From Eutreptiella sp. 'Long Island Sound 2002' (taxonomy: Eukaryota; Protista; Euglenida): a stretch of 64,000 nucleotides of DNA. Position 1 is the first letter of the stretch. Every line of letters begins with the position of its first letter. This document shows, one piece after another, positions 23,909 to 36,600 of the stretch. The notes beneath the pieces are model-generated. The model saw only the letters and a program-made list of their open reading frames with translations. It was not told where the DNA came from and ran no database searches. The DNA lies in NCBI GenBank assembly GCA_964036045.1, contig OZ038378.1, positions 11,656,001 to 11,720,000 of the forward strand. Direction: 5' to 3'. A program made the position numbers and the translations under genes.

Positions 23909-24330
23909 CCACAACCACAACCACAACAACAACAACAACAATAACACAGTGTTGTTCTTGTTACCATTGCTCTTGTGTTTGTTGCCGTTTTGCTTGTTGT
24001 CGTTGTCGTGGTTGTCGTCGTCTTGTTTGTCACTGTCGCTGTCATTGTTGTTTTTGTTGTCGTTATTGTCATCATTGCTGTCGTCTTTGTTGTTGTTGTT
24101 GTGATTGTGGTTGTGGTGCTGGTGGTGTTTGTAGTGTTTGTTGTCGCTGTTATTTTCCTTCGTTGTCGTTATTGTTGTTGTCGTTGTCCTCCTCCTCCTC
24201 CTCCCCCTCCTCATTGTTGTTGTTGACGTTGTTTGTGTTTGTCGTTGTTGTTGTCTTTGTTGTGGTCACGTTTCTTGTTGTCGTCGAAATCATCGCCGTT
24301 GTCGTTGTCGCAGTTGGTCCTGTTGTAGTT
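23410..24330. repeat. Compound (GTT)n/(CAA)n/(GTT)n trinucleotide satellite
   Basis: GTT-rich 23410-23560, CAA-rich 23690-23945, GTT/GTC-rich 23950-24330. Confidence 0.92.
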
Positions 24331-24424
24331 ATTGCTTTTTTCATTGTCGATGGCTTTGTCACTGCCGGTGCTGGTGCTGTTTGGGAGGTGCTTCTGGCAA
24401 AATTCCCACCCCTGTGGTCATCAG

Positions 24425-26224
24425 GACGCTAACGTGTTCGACCGCAGCGTCGAGGGCGGATTTGCTGGGCACGTCAAGGACACGCACAACATGTGGAACT
24501 ATTTGTATTTGATGGTGTATTTGAGCCACAAGCCCGACGACGAGTACACGGGACAAGAGTCCTATGTCAGTGCCAAATTGCAGATGCAGGACATGTCCTT
24601 TTTCCCCCTGAACAAGTCCATGGACCTGCAGGCGCTCGCAGAAGGAGAGCGCGCGACGCCCGACACGGCGGAGGAGGACGCTGCGCCGGGGCCGGCGTCG
24701 GAAAAGAACGCGTCGTCGATGACGTTGCCGCAGATCGTGATCCGCCGCGGGACCATTTGCCACAGCGAAGAGCTGGCGTTTGCGGAACGGGACGCGGGCG
24801 AGCTGCACGGCGTCGCCGATGAGATCCACGCCAAGGTGAAGCGACTGGAGTACAGCGTCGATGTCATGGGCGCCGACGTGACCGCGCGCCTCGACCGCGT
24901 GGAGTCGGCGCTGGGGGACACCGCACAGAAGACCGACGCCCACAAGGCGGACCTGCAGGCGATGGCCGGGCAGGTGGCGGCGCTGAACACGGCGCTGGTG
25001 GACATGCGGGACACGGCCGCGCACCGCATGGACACCCTCGAGGCGTCCGTGGGGCGGTTGGAGGCGATGCTGGCGGCCGCATTGGGGCCGCAGGGGCGAC
25101 CCAGCGCGAGCAATGGGCCGCTGCAGGCGGCCGCTGAGGCGACGGACGCCCCTGTGTTCGGGCGCACGGAGCCCGACGACGGCGATGCCGTTGCAGCCCG
25201 CGACCGTCGAGGGTCTGGCGCGGGAGGCCGTCGAGGGTCGGGTCCCTCGCGCAAACGGTCGGTGACGGACCCTGACACCGACGAGAGCTCTGATGTGCGA
25301 GCGGCCGTTTCAACGGGTGACAGTCGCGGTTTTGGTGCGGGAAACCGCCGAAATTCGGGTGCCCGACATGAGCGGGCGGTGATGGACCACGGCACAAACG
25401 GCGCTGTACGTTCCCGAAGCCCCGGTGCCGCACACGAAGGGCCCGCGCTGGACGACCACGCCGACACCAACGGGGCCGTATTCGAGGAGGACGGCGCCGG
25501 AGCGCGGGCCAACGGCGAGGACCCCGACGGGGCGGAGGCAGGCGCTGTGGCGCGGGGCCAGAGCGACAGCCCCTCACGGCCCCACGCCCCGGCGATGAAC
25601 GGCACAATCGGCAACGGCAGCGCCGCGCCGGAGCTCGGCATTGGCGCCGGCCTGGGGGTGCCCCCGGCCAAGCCCCGAACCCTTCCTAAAGGCGCGGGCG
25701 TTCTCCCGGCCGCCGCGGCCGCGAAACAGCCGCGCGCCTTTGTGCGGACAGCTGCGGCCGTGGCCGCCAACGACACCCCCACGAGCCTCCCCACTCCGCC
25801 CCACCCCGGCCGTGCCTCCAGCCCGAGCCCTGTGGCCTGTCCGCCGGTCGTCCCGGCGGTGCCCCGCCTTGCCTTGGGCAAATTGCAGCCCGCCCAACCG
25901 TCGCCAACCGTCGCGGAGTCTCGTTGCCGCTTACCGCAGGGCGCGTTCGCCACCACGCCGCGGTCCGCCGCAAGCGCCCTGACCCCGCGCTCCGACCCCT
26001 CTCCGACTCCGACCCCCCGGTCCTCGCGGTCGTCGCCCGCGCCCCTGTTCGTGGCCATCGACGGCTCCACCACACCGCGGGTGCTTGAGGGCGCCGCGGC
26101 ACTCTCGGAGCGCGCCCGCCTGCCTCTCCTGCCCGGCCATGGGGCTTGCACTGCGTCCCTAGAGGACTGTGCCCGTGGCGAACGCCGCGATGGAGGAGCG
26201 GCCTGGTGCGACGCGCAGCACTAG
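24425..26224 (+). CDS. ITPR: IP3R-like channel exon 10 (C2H2 linker, coiled coil, long disordered tail)
   Basis: FAGHVKDTHNMWNYLYL...EYTGQESYV...FFP, then an open frame to TAG at 26222-26224. Confidence 0.88.
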   Translation, partial: DANVFDRSVEGGFAGHVKDTHNMWNYLYLMVYLSHKPDDEYTGQESYVSAKLQMQDMSFFPLNKSMDLQALAEGERATPDTAEEDAAPGPASEKNASSMTLPQIVIRRGTICHSEELAFAERDAGELHGVADEIHAKVKRLEYSVDVMGADVTARLDRVESALGDTAQKTDAHKADLQAMAGQVAALNTALVDMRDTAAHRMDTLEASVGRLEAMLAAALGPQGRPSASNGPLQAAAEATDAPVFGRTEPDDGDAVAARDRRGSGAGGRRGSGPSRKRSVTDPDTDESSDVRAAVSTGDSRGFGAGNRRNSGARHERAVMDHGTNGAVRSRSPGAAHEGPALDDHADTNGAVFEEDGAGARANGEDPDGAEAGAVARGQSDSPSRPHAPAMNGTIGNGSAAPELGIGAGLGVPPAKPRTLPKGAGVLPAAAAAKQPRAFVRTAAAVAANDTPTSLPTPPHPGRASSPSPVACPPVVPAVPRLALGKLQPAQPSPTVAESRCRLPQGAFATTPRSAASALTPRSDPSPTPTPRSSRSSPAPLFVAIDGSTTPRVLEGAAALSERARLPLLPGHGACTASLEDCARGERRDGGAAWCDAQH

Positions 26225-27718
26225 TCCACCAACAGCGTCATGGTGCTGAGCTTGAGGCCCGAGCCGTCATTGTTTTCCTTCGACACAGCCCCTGCGGTGT
26301 GCTGGGGGAGGGCTGACTTAGGGGGTCACTGCACTCCAACACCACACGTCCTTCTGTGTACAACTGAACTGTATCTCCCAGGCGACGCCACTTCGTCTCT
26401 TCATGACAAAGCATCCGCCATGCCGAGGCCAAAGCCAAAGCCCTCCGTCCGGGAACCCTCTCCAAACCCCCACCCCTCCTTTTGCAAAACCCGTCCCTCC
26501 CTCCCTATGAAATCCTTCTGGAGCGTCCCTCGAGACTCCCCTCCTCCCGTTGGATTTCCCTCCTTGCTCCGCAACGGCCTTCCTTTGCCCCCCCCCCCTC
26601 CCCGGGTGCCCCGCCAAAATTCTAACACTTCATTCGAGCACAAGAGGGAATCTCAGGCGCGGTGGCCGAAGTGTTGAAGGGCGACTGGCAAAGCGGTTGG
26701 GTACAAAAACAGGCGGTTACAAAACGGAGAGCGGTTGCGGACGAACGGAAGCGGTTTCGATGGGATGGACCCTCCGTCCCGAAGGGGGTCCATGGGGGTC
26801 CATCATCCCCTTCAAGTACAGGCCTGCGTCGCCACTCCGACTGCAACGCACACCGAAACAATGGCCCGAGTCCAACCAGAATATGCCCTGACCATGCCCT
26901 GGCCAAGAAGAGCACAAAAATATTCACAGCCTGCAGTCTCAATACCCCGACACTTGCAGCACAACCCCAATCACGCAGCGAAACTTCATCAGCAGCAGGA
27001 ATAAGATGTTGCAAAAAGATAGTCTATCCTGGACACCCCCAAGCGGCCATTTCCTTTCCCTTTCCGATGCTTTGGGGATGACAGTCTGCATGATTGCCAA
27101 AGAGCTTCGTGCATGAACGAGATCAGATTTTCATCTGATGCTGGGGCGCTTCCCCATTGTCATCAACCTCCTGACGTCCGCCTACCAATTTTGTAGGTGC
27201 TGTAACATGGACAATACACTACCCCTGCCCTCCACTGTCCCTCATTTCTGAGCGGTCACTGTATTGGTATGAATTCGCGCAGTATGTCGCACACCCCCCC
27301 GCCCCCACCTGAACGGAGGTTCCGACCAAAGGAAGCGAGGCTGGGACGGAAGGGACCGCCAGCTGGCAGGAAATGTGTGTGCCCTGTGTGCCCTGACATG
27401 ACCGGCCCTCTGAGAATACGGCTCTCCGCTAACCAACACGGTTTCTCTTTGTAATATGATGTCTGCCTCCATGTCGCACACACGCGCGCACACACACACA
27501 CACACAGGATCTCATCAACTGGTGGTATGGCGTTGCTGCTAGACACGGCATGACCAGTGACTTGGTTCCTGACCGACCCCGCTGACTCATGCTGGTACCC
27601 GCGCACACGCATACGCACGCCCACGCGCGCGAATTATCCAGGCATTATGTCGCACAGGGGAGGAGGGGAGGTTTACTCGCGCGAATCATCGCGTCGCTCT
27701 GGTCCTATGTGTGTCATG

Positions 27719-28205
27719 TTGCATCGCATATCGCATTGCATCGCATCGAATCGCATTGCAGCGTGTCGCATCGAATCCTGTCGCATCGCATCGCATCGCA
27801 TCGTATTGCATCGCATCGCGTTGTATGATATCTCATCGTATCATGTTGCAACGCAATAGTATCGTATCGAATAGTATTGTATGGTAGTAGCGTATGGTTT
27901 CACATCGCATCTATTGTATCGTGTCCTGTTGTGTCCTGTCGTATCGTATCGCATTGCATCGCATCGTATCGTATTGTCGTGTCTTACGGTATCATATCGG
28001 ATCGTACTGCGTGGCATCATATCGTGGCGTATGAATGGTATGGTTTGGTGAGGTATGGTATTGTGTCGTATCGTATTGTATCGCTTCGTATGGTGTCGTC
28101 TTGTCTCGTCTCGTATCCCATTGCATTGCATCTGATCAAAGCATAGTGTCGTCCAGTGTCCTATGGTGCTATATCGTGTCGTATCGCATGGCATCTCATA
28201 TCATG
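27719..28205 (+). repeat. Degenerate pentanucleotide satellite (TCGCA/TCGTA)n
   Basis: Runs such as GCATCGCATCGCATCGTATTGCATCG with 5-nt periodicity. Confidence 0.85.
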
Positions 28206-28210
28206 TCGTA

Positions 28211-28645
28211 CCCCCCCCCCCCTTGTCCTTCCCCACCCCTTGTCCTTCCCCAGGGGGGGGGGGGGGGGCGTCACTTGCTTAACTCAAAATTTTTTGTTGC
28301 AGCTCACTGTGTTGTTGTGGCAAAACCACCACCGAAGAGTGCTTCCCAAAGCATTCCAGTGGAAAGTGGTGAGCATGTGCAAGAGTTCAAGGTCAAGTGG
28401 AGCAGGACCAAGAAAATTTACACCGAGTTGGTCAAGGAGTAGGTCTCCGCACATTGGCAGCCTTTGAACGTATCTTATGCTGAATTCTTTCGTTTTATGC
28501 TGCAATTTCTGTGCCTGCAAATGTGCGTGTGCGGTGGTAGTGCGGTCCCCCAGGGGGGGGCTGGGGGACCGTCACTTGGTGACCGTCCCCCAGGGGTGGT
28601 GGGGGACCGTCTTCCCTCGGGTGGGGAAGGACGAGGGGGGGGGGG
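28211..28645. mobile_element. MITE with ~28-bp TIRs and TA target duplication (Tc1/mariner-type signature)
   Basis: TA|C12TTGTCCTTCCCCACCC ... GGGTGGGGAAGGACGAG11|TA; no coding capacity. Confidence 0.75.
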
Positions 28646-30570
28646 TACGATACGTCATGTAATACATCGAGCAGGAGAGTACTGTGCGGTGCAGCACGGT
28701 ATGGTGCGGTGCAAGGAGGGAAGGCATGCAGTACAGAGTGTGAGTTGGCCGTTGGCGCCACTCTTTGTCGCGGATGTGACGTACGCGTGCCACCCGAACG
28801 CTCCCAAGGCGTTTGGGCTATAAACCACGTGATGACCTGAACTACAAGCATTAGCCCAGGGATTCTCCATTAACCCTCCCCACTACTGAATCACTGTTGC
28901 ATGGTTTCTGACCGTTTTTGATGTTCTGTTTTGGGTTTTGCAAGATGACAGTACACTTGCAAATACGTCTCCAGCTTCCATGAGGTGAGACGGTCATCAG
29001 TGGAGCGAGGTGCTGTTGAGTCGGACATGGGACCAACCTTGTTCCGGGTTTCGAAAGGAGCTGAGAATACTGAGTGGAACACGGTAAAGGCCTGATTTGT
29101 GACTGCCCTGCTCAGCGCTAGTAGTGCAGAGACAACAGCGCATTTTTGAACGAGGTTGTCTCAGGGATCTAATGGGGTCGCAGGCTGACCCGCATTTTAG
29201 CGCGTTGATTGGCCGTGCTTGCACAAGGGGAGACTTATCTTTTCTTTCTGCTGCAAGAAGACAAGGAGGTGTTTATTTTCGTTTGGGATCGCAATGCGGC
29301 AAAAGGAGCACGTACCAGCACTATTCACTCGTCTGCACAATAACCGCTTCAACCATTTCACTTCAGCAACACTTCATTCCACAACGTTGAGCACAACAAA
29401 GGGTGCCTGCGGCACCAAGTACACAGCGCATGCGCTGTGTACTTTTTGGGGGGGGGGATTGCGTGACACTTTGTTCGATCTGAAGTCCGCATCCAACATC
29501 TTCAAGCTGACTGTCAGTGTGGATTTTCTGCTGCCTTCCAGCACCTTTCTCTGGAAATTTCCCACGGGTAATTCCGTGACTATCTGGACCGTGCACACGC
29601 CGTGCCACCGTTTGCCCAAGGACGTCCTGTCAAGTGGTACATCAAGTTCTGAGGTATTTACTAAACGAGGTGATCCACCCGTTGCTTGGAAACCTGGAGC
29701 TCCTCCAAATGCAAGGTCACCAGCTCTTAATCCTGAGTTGTGTGTTTATAAACACAAATCTGATGTCTGAACAGTGTCTGGAGATTTCGATACTGCTGAT
29801 CCAGGACCGACGGTTAGAGATGTGCAGATGCTCCTCTGCCATCATGGTACCTCATGTTCCCTGCATTCTTTATCTGGCGACGGGGGAACTGCTTGAGGAA
29901 CGAAGTCTTGGAACATGTAGACGTGATATTCCACAGCTTGGTTGGTTTATGATGTGAACAAAATGCATCAGCATTTTCACCGTCCCCCATTATTAGACCA
30001 CTGCTGCTTCATTTCTGACCATATTTTGGGTGTCGCCGTGTGCCTTGCCACCTGCTCGCCCGCAGACGTTTCATGCTCTTTGATCATGGATTCGACGTTG
30101 TCCCCTGACTCGGAGTACACCCTTGTTCCGGTGTGGTTGCAACCCTTGTGCAACCACGCACCTTGTCATTGCGCCACGAGGGTTGCAGTTTACCAACGGC
30201 CGCAGGCATGCCCATGCACCGCATTCCGAAGATGCTCTGTGGTGTCGCTGGTACCTCGGAGCAGGTGAATGGTTCATTGCCCCACTTCAAAACAAGCCCC
30301 GTGTCCAAAAGGCACGTGGGCGTTGCTTCCATCAATTTTCGCATGGTGTAATTCGGCGGGACAGTTTGCTTTCATGAACCAGAGCCTTCGCTTTCTGTGC
30401 TGCGTGTGGTGTCTGGGAGTTGCGTTGCAAGATGGCCAACACTTGTAAGGAAGGGAAGGTGGTTCCGGCGTGACAGCACTTGCAGCATCTTCTGCCCCTT
30501 GGTTTTCAGTACATAAGGGGGAGGGGGCACAAGACTGGAATGCCTGCAGGCGTGGAAATCGCAGCTCTCT

Positions 30571-32032
30571 GCCCCCACCAGCCGTGCACCCACGGCAGAT
30601 CCATCCTGAATCCCCTTCATGGGCTATCCCCCTTGCCCTTCTGACCCTCTGGGGATGACATTACACACGATTGTCGGAGAACTTCGTGCGCGGATGAGAT
30701 CAAACCCCCATCTCCTGCTGGGCCGCCCCCTCCGCTGCTGCCAGTCTCCTGAGGTGCTGCTGTACGAACCAGTTGCACAGTGCTCTTAATATTGGGGTGT
30801 GCTGCTTCAATCCCCATTAATGCAGACGTGATACGAAAGCATTACCTTGTTAATATTGCTGCAGGCTGCCTGTGTGGCACGCATGTGAAACGCTCACAAT
30901 GCGTATTTCGCACAGGACTGAGCAACCTAATTCGGACCTCTGTACTGCAGGCACCATGTCCGGTGCACTGCAGTGTAGGCTCTGCGCTCACCTCTGGTGT
31001 GCAACACAACAGGTCAGACCATTGATTGGGTGCAGAGGGGCTGATCCGTTTTTGTATGGTGCGGTAGGGGCGGATGGGGCTTGAAACCTCGATTCAATTC
31101 AGAGGTGCCTTCGTGAAGCCCCTCGTCACAAGAATCCCTTACAATTTCGCACCAAAGATGTTTTGATGTAATATTAACACATCAGTTGCCATGGGATGGC
31201 CTGTTGTATCACACTTGTCAATTGCTATAAAGGAACGCTGGGGCACTGCCATATCCACTGGCGGGGGTTGTGGGAGGCTCGGAGGTGGTTGCGTGAGAAA
31301 GGGGGCCTGAGCTCCGGGCCCACAGAGAATAAAATGGGTGTCGAAGGTGTGTTCGGAAAATTTTTGGGTCTCAATTGCGAGGAATTGAACAAAGGTTCAG
31401 ACGAAAGCGGAACGTTAGAAAAGGTGTGTGAGTCAAACTTGGGTGTTGGGGTCTGCCCCTTGCAGCCATCAAAATACCAGACTGGAATGTGTTTCCCAAA
31501 CTTGGATTTTCAGGAGGTTGTGTGTGGCTTATACAGGGGGTGTGGGGCAAATGCAATGCAATTTTTCATATCGTCGGGTGACGTAACCGTAACTCCATGC
31601 GTTGCCGGAGGCAACTCCTTGGCATCTCGGGCATGGCGGACTATACTCTCATTTACAGCAGCAGACAACTGATTTGAGCCACTGGAAAGCTATACTGTGA
31701 CCCCACTATGCTTATGAGTGGGGCCTGGTGTTTGCCTTGGTCAGTGTGTTGGGCCTCTTTGGGGTTTCCGAGGGTACAAAATGGAGGGTACGGGGATGTG
31801 GCCATGTGGGTCCACACCAGCACTCAACCCCCTCTTCCGACCCTCGCCGAGTCCGCCTGTGTTGGCCCAAACCCTCTTTCTGCCCCCAGCATTGCACCCA
31901 CAGCAGACCGATCCTGAATCCCTTCGTGGGCTATTTCCCTTGCTTTTCTGACCCTCTGGGGATGGCGTTATACGCCATTGTCAGAGAACTTCGTGCCTGG
32001 ATGGGATCAAACTCCCATCTCCTCCCCGGGCC
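30571..32032. repeat. Two diverged direct copies of an ~155-bp sequence (30571-30725 and 31879-32032)
   Basis: Shared blocks ATCCTGAATCCC, TTCTGACCCTCTGGGGATG, GAGAACTTCGTGC, GATCAAAC.CCCATCTCCT. Confidence 0.75.
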
Positions 32033-33639
32033 CGTCATCAATTTCTTGAGGTGCACCCACACAGTTGCCTACCCGATTGTTGTAACCCAGCCTCCAGTGA
32101 CAACAGGTCCGTACAACAGGTCCGCGCTTCGTGTTAACCCAATACCTTTCCACAGAGGGAGCTGTCTGAGGAGGTATGCGCTCTGTCTACGGATTCCTTG
32201 GTATTCCAAGGACACTCCTGACTTAAGTATGAACTGAATCCAATGAAGGTTGTGATGGTAGCCAGGGCTGTCTTTCATCGACAGCCTTTGGAAAGGACAG
32301 CCCTTCAGGGGGGCCCTCTGGGCCGGTGGAACCGCCAACTGCTGGCAAATAATGGCCAATTCTTTGTTCATTAAGCACCGAGGGAGGGGGGTTCATATTT
32401 TGTCTCTTTACCAGTGACAAACTTCAGATGGATGTATTACTGGATGAATTACTGTATGTAGTGCCTGCTTTCCTACTCCATGTCGCTGTGCAAAAATAGC
32501 TGCCAGTTGTTTTTCACCTGAAGATGCTGTTGATGGAAAGTGGTACTCACACACCTGAGCATTCGTCTCCTGGGATGTCGCCTACCGGGTTTTTAGCTTC
32601 CATGGGGTTTGCTTTGTCACACCATTGATCCTGCTAGCTACACAGCGCAACTAGTCTTTCCACCTGAGCCGCTGTTGGCAACAATGACCCTGTAGCAGGC
32701 TGGGCCTGAGTGTTTGTGTGTGTGACCCCCCTGACCCCAACCAAGACGAAGAATTATGCACATGGCATAGCCTGCATGGTGGATGATGTGGTTAGGAAGC
32801 AAATTACCGTGCCAAGACCACGCGGTGAAGGCACATATTCGAATGGCCCAACATTGAATTGGATATTTGGTGACATGAAGCACAGGACAGACTCTACAGA
32901 GAACCACCCTTCTTTGTTCAGATTTGCTGACTCTTTATCCCATTGCATTGAATCAAAGCAGCGCCCTCCATCCCAAATTTCTCTGAAGAGCGAACATGGA
33001 GCATGGTGGATCACGCTTTGAAGATATTTTTCGTTCCGTACAACCTGCTGCAAGGCCAGTGGTAGCCTACACCACGGTTTCACAGTCCACCCGTTGCTGT
33101 CACCTATTCAAATGTGACCACGGGTTGTTTGCTAAGGCCAAATGAGTGGGCTGCCAAGCGCAAAGACACACATCACAGTTGAGAGACAAGGACACACCCT
33201 CCATGTACAGGAGTTGTTGTGTGAAGGTTCGAAGTATATGAACACTATGCCTGCAGGTTTTGGGGGTAGTGCAAAGCATTTGCAGTGGCGACATGCGGGC
33301 AATCGTGTGGAGGCATGTGGTGGGCCAACGGTGCCTTGAAAGGCACAAGAAAAAGGCCAAACTGTTACCTAGGGGGCCAAAGTGATGGGATGTGCATCCT
33401 GCATCATACATCTTCGCATCCGGGATTATACTTCTCAAGTTCGCTCAATGTATTCAATGGGCGGCTAGATGACCATATAAAGAGAAACGGAGATTGTTCT
33501 GGACAAGATGGCTTTGTTTCTGAGGTCCAACACCAATGCCTATCAGCCCCGATGATGAATGTCGCATGCTAATTGTAGCATTTGAATTATAGTTGGGGCC
33601 AATATTAGATTGACTGCCACCATGCTCTTAAGTGGGACA

Positions 33640-36600
33640 GTGCACGTACAGGGGTTGTGAAGCCATATCGCCCCCTCTTTGCATTGGAGACCTATGCATG
33701 CAAGGTTGAGGGCTGTGCGCACCATATGCGCACTGCACTGTGCAAAGTGTTCATATGTCAGTTTAGATGTGCACCCCATTTTAGACATGTATGTCAGGCC
33801 CCTTTGTCGGACTCTTTTGCCAGACCTCTATGCTCGACCCTTTTGTCAGATTGCTATGTCGGACCCCTTCAGAGAGAAATAAAAATGGCAATATAGCCCC
33901 TGCCTTCTTGGGGTTAGCGGGGACAAAGCAATATGGCTATATCGGACCAAGTTTGCATAGGTAGGTACAAATAAGTATGTCTTGTTGAGGTCGGATGGCC
34001 CAATCTCCACACCATGTGTGCGTTGCGCCAAACGCTACCCCCAATCGTTGGAATAAGATGATCCGTGCTCGTACAAAGGTAGAACATGTGTGGTAGGGGC
34101 CACCCAACACAGAGATAGGAAATCCCGGCCAAAGGATAGAAAACAGACCATGAAGGACGCAATAACACGCAAAAACAGGCAGATTTCACAATATTGAAAT
34201 AGGTCTGACAAGGGCCTTGGTGGTAATTTTGGTTGGCGGTGTCTGCCAGCCACCCAACCTCCTCCCAAACCTCTTTGGGCGTGAAGGGAAAATCACAGTT
34301 CTGAGCCTTGAGTGGGCGACCTTGGAAGCTGACTTTTCCATTAAGGACTTAGACGAACAAGTCCCTATCTCCGTGGTCGTGGAATTTTTCTTCCACGTCT
34401 CGTTCGTGAATTTCACCTTAGAGAAGGATGTGGGTGAGCATTTTGAAGAGATTTCTTCTCAGAAAATTCATTTGCGGAGGCATCGAAGCTTTCCACCTCC
34501 GCCCACTGCGTTTTGACCTCTTCTCCAGATTGTTTGTCCCGTAGCGTGGCGGCTTTTTCCAAGGGAACTCTATCAAAAATTAGATTTTCTAATTCAGCAC
34601 TGGAGAATTCTTCTCCTTAATGCTCGGCTTCCTCCACCAGAATCCAAAAGCGCTGCTTCTTGTCCTGGACCTCATGGAGGATTAATTGCGAAAATGAAGG
34701 GAAATTCCTCAGCATCTGGTGGTAGTGGTCCTCTAGCAAGCGGGATCCACGTATCTCTAGCGGCTTCCAAACCTCGCCAAAGGTAAGGGGGGAGTTTGTA
34801 TCTTCGCGATCACTCTAGGTGCGAAGCTAGATGTATGCTGGCAGTCCCTCAATGCACTCCAAGAGGGTAGTGAGGAATTGATGTTCCTGGAGTTTTTGCG
34901 TTTTAACCCACAGCTTGAACTCCCGTTGTATTGGGACCATTGCCGGGGGTTCCCGTTGTATTAAAATGGCTTAGCAACCTGGCGGAGCTTTACAGAAGAT
35001 GGGTTCAGAAGGGATTCCAACCCTACACCGGCTGTAATGGTTGAGACCTTTGCAGCATCATTAGCCACACCCGCTCCGGCGAGGGTCTGGGCGAGCAAAA
35101 GGTGAGCTAGGGTATTGTTGTTCACACCTGAGGGGTTGTTGCGAGAGATGGTTCTCTTGGCATGTTGAGTTTTCTCCCTAGCCGCCTCCGTCCAGCTCTT
35201 GGAATGAGTGATTGTCATCCATTCCTTGAGCTTAGCCCTGCTAATGCGGGCATCCGTGGTCTTGGAGTCCACTGAAGGAGCGATGGAAAAAACCTCCGTC
35301 GCTTCCTCTGAGGGCTCCGTCACTCTTGCCACGGATGAGGCTCCTTCAGACCTCATGTGACTCTTAGGAATTTTTTTATTCCTAACGACTGAAGGATCAA
35401 GTGCATTTGATCGTTCATTGCCTGCAATTTGGAATCTCTGTGGGTTCGGCAAGAACAATCGTTCGGACAATCCGTAACCTGACAGAACTGCACACGTTGT
35501 AGGACCATACAAACCTGTAGAATTTAGCCAAGAGTTCACGCGCAGTGACCTTTCTGCCTAGATTTCAAGGCTAGCTTGCTTAGCCGCAGCCACAATACCT
35601 TCTTCCAGAGCTGCCGCAAATTCGGCTTGAGCATCTCAGTCCGGCAGGACAGAGTGTATCCCGGAGGGTCCAGGGACAGCCTCCCGGGTCTTCTCCTTAA
35701 GGAAAGGGGTGACATTCCAAACTTGGATGATCGCATTCCTGACAAGATTCTTCTCCCATGCGCTGTAATTCCTGTCACAAAGTTCATCTGGTTGCACCAG
35801 AAATCAATCGAGTAATAAATCAAATTCAAACTACTCAAGATGCCATAGGCGTTGATTGAGTAACCAGCAACCTGTCTCAAACTGGTGAGCCACCAGTTGC
35901 GGAAGGCTTGGCTCCAATTGGGCCCATGTTGCTGGGCGCTCAAGCTCCACTATCTCACCTGGACCCGACCCGGTAGTCCAGCGAATCCACTTTCCCACTC
36001 ACAATGTGTTCAACTGGAGCAGTGGTGTAGGGCGCCGAGACTCCACGTAGCTTGTAAGGAGCTTCACCGTCAACTTGCACTAGTTGATTCCAACCATCCG
36101 GCGGCTCCTTTCGACAAGGGCTTGACAACAATGACCTTCTTAGCATGCGATGTTTGCTCGCGTAGGGCACTGTGGACTGCTGCAGGGGAACTCTCTTAGT
36201 GCTTCGGCTGCGCAACAAAGAGGGGGAAAGATTTAGGTGCCCTGAGGACCTACCAGAGGTGTGGGGCCCACAAGAACAACACTCAAGTAGCCTCTGCTAC
36301 CATGTAAGTGCTGTCCCGGGTGATTCAGAGAGCCGGAGGGCTCCGGGTCGGCTAGACCTGGTATGCGACCTTGCGGGCATGCAACGTGAAGGATTGGTTC
36401 TGGGACCGAGGGGACCCTTGAGGAGGCGAGGGCACTGAGGCCACTTGCCAAGTCCATGCTCATGAAAGCCCAAGAAAAATCCCAGTCTATGAAGAAAATT
36501 ATGGCGGATGAAACTATGTACCTCTGAGTGTCTGAATCCGTCTGAAAAGATTTATCTAAATCCAATCGTGAAAAATATTTGGTCGATTGGGCTCGCGCAT

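Noticed and set aside
10959-24424. Euglenid non-conventional intron end-pairing stems
   Set aside because: In the introns I checked, only 4-5-bp complementarity between ends was found, which is not above chance. All introns fit GT/GC-AG.
23583-24512. Poly-V, poly-Q, poly-T and poly-C ORFs
   Set aside because: Translations of intronic trinucleotide satellites.
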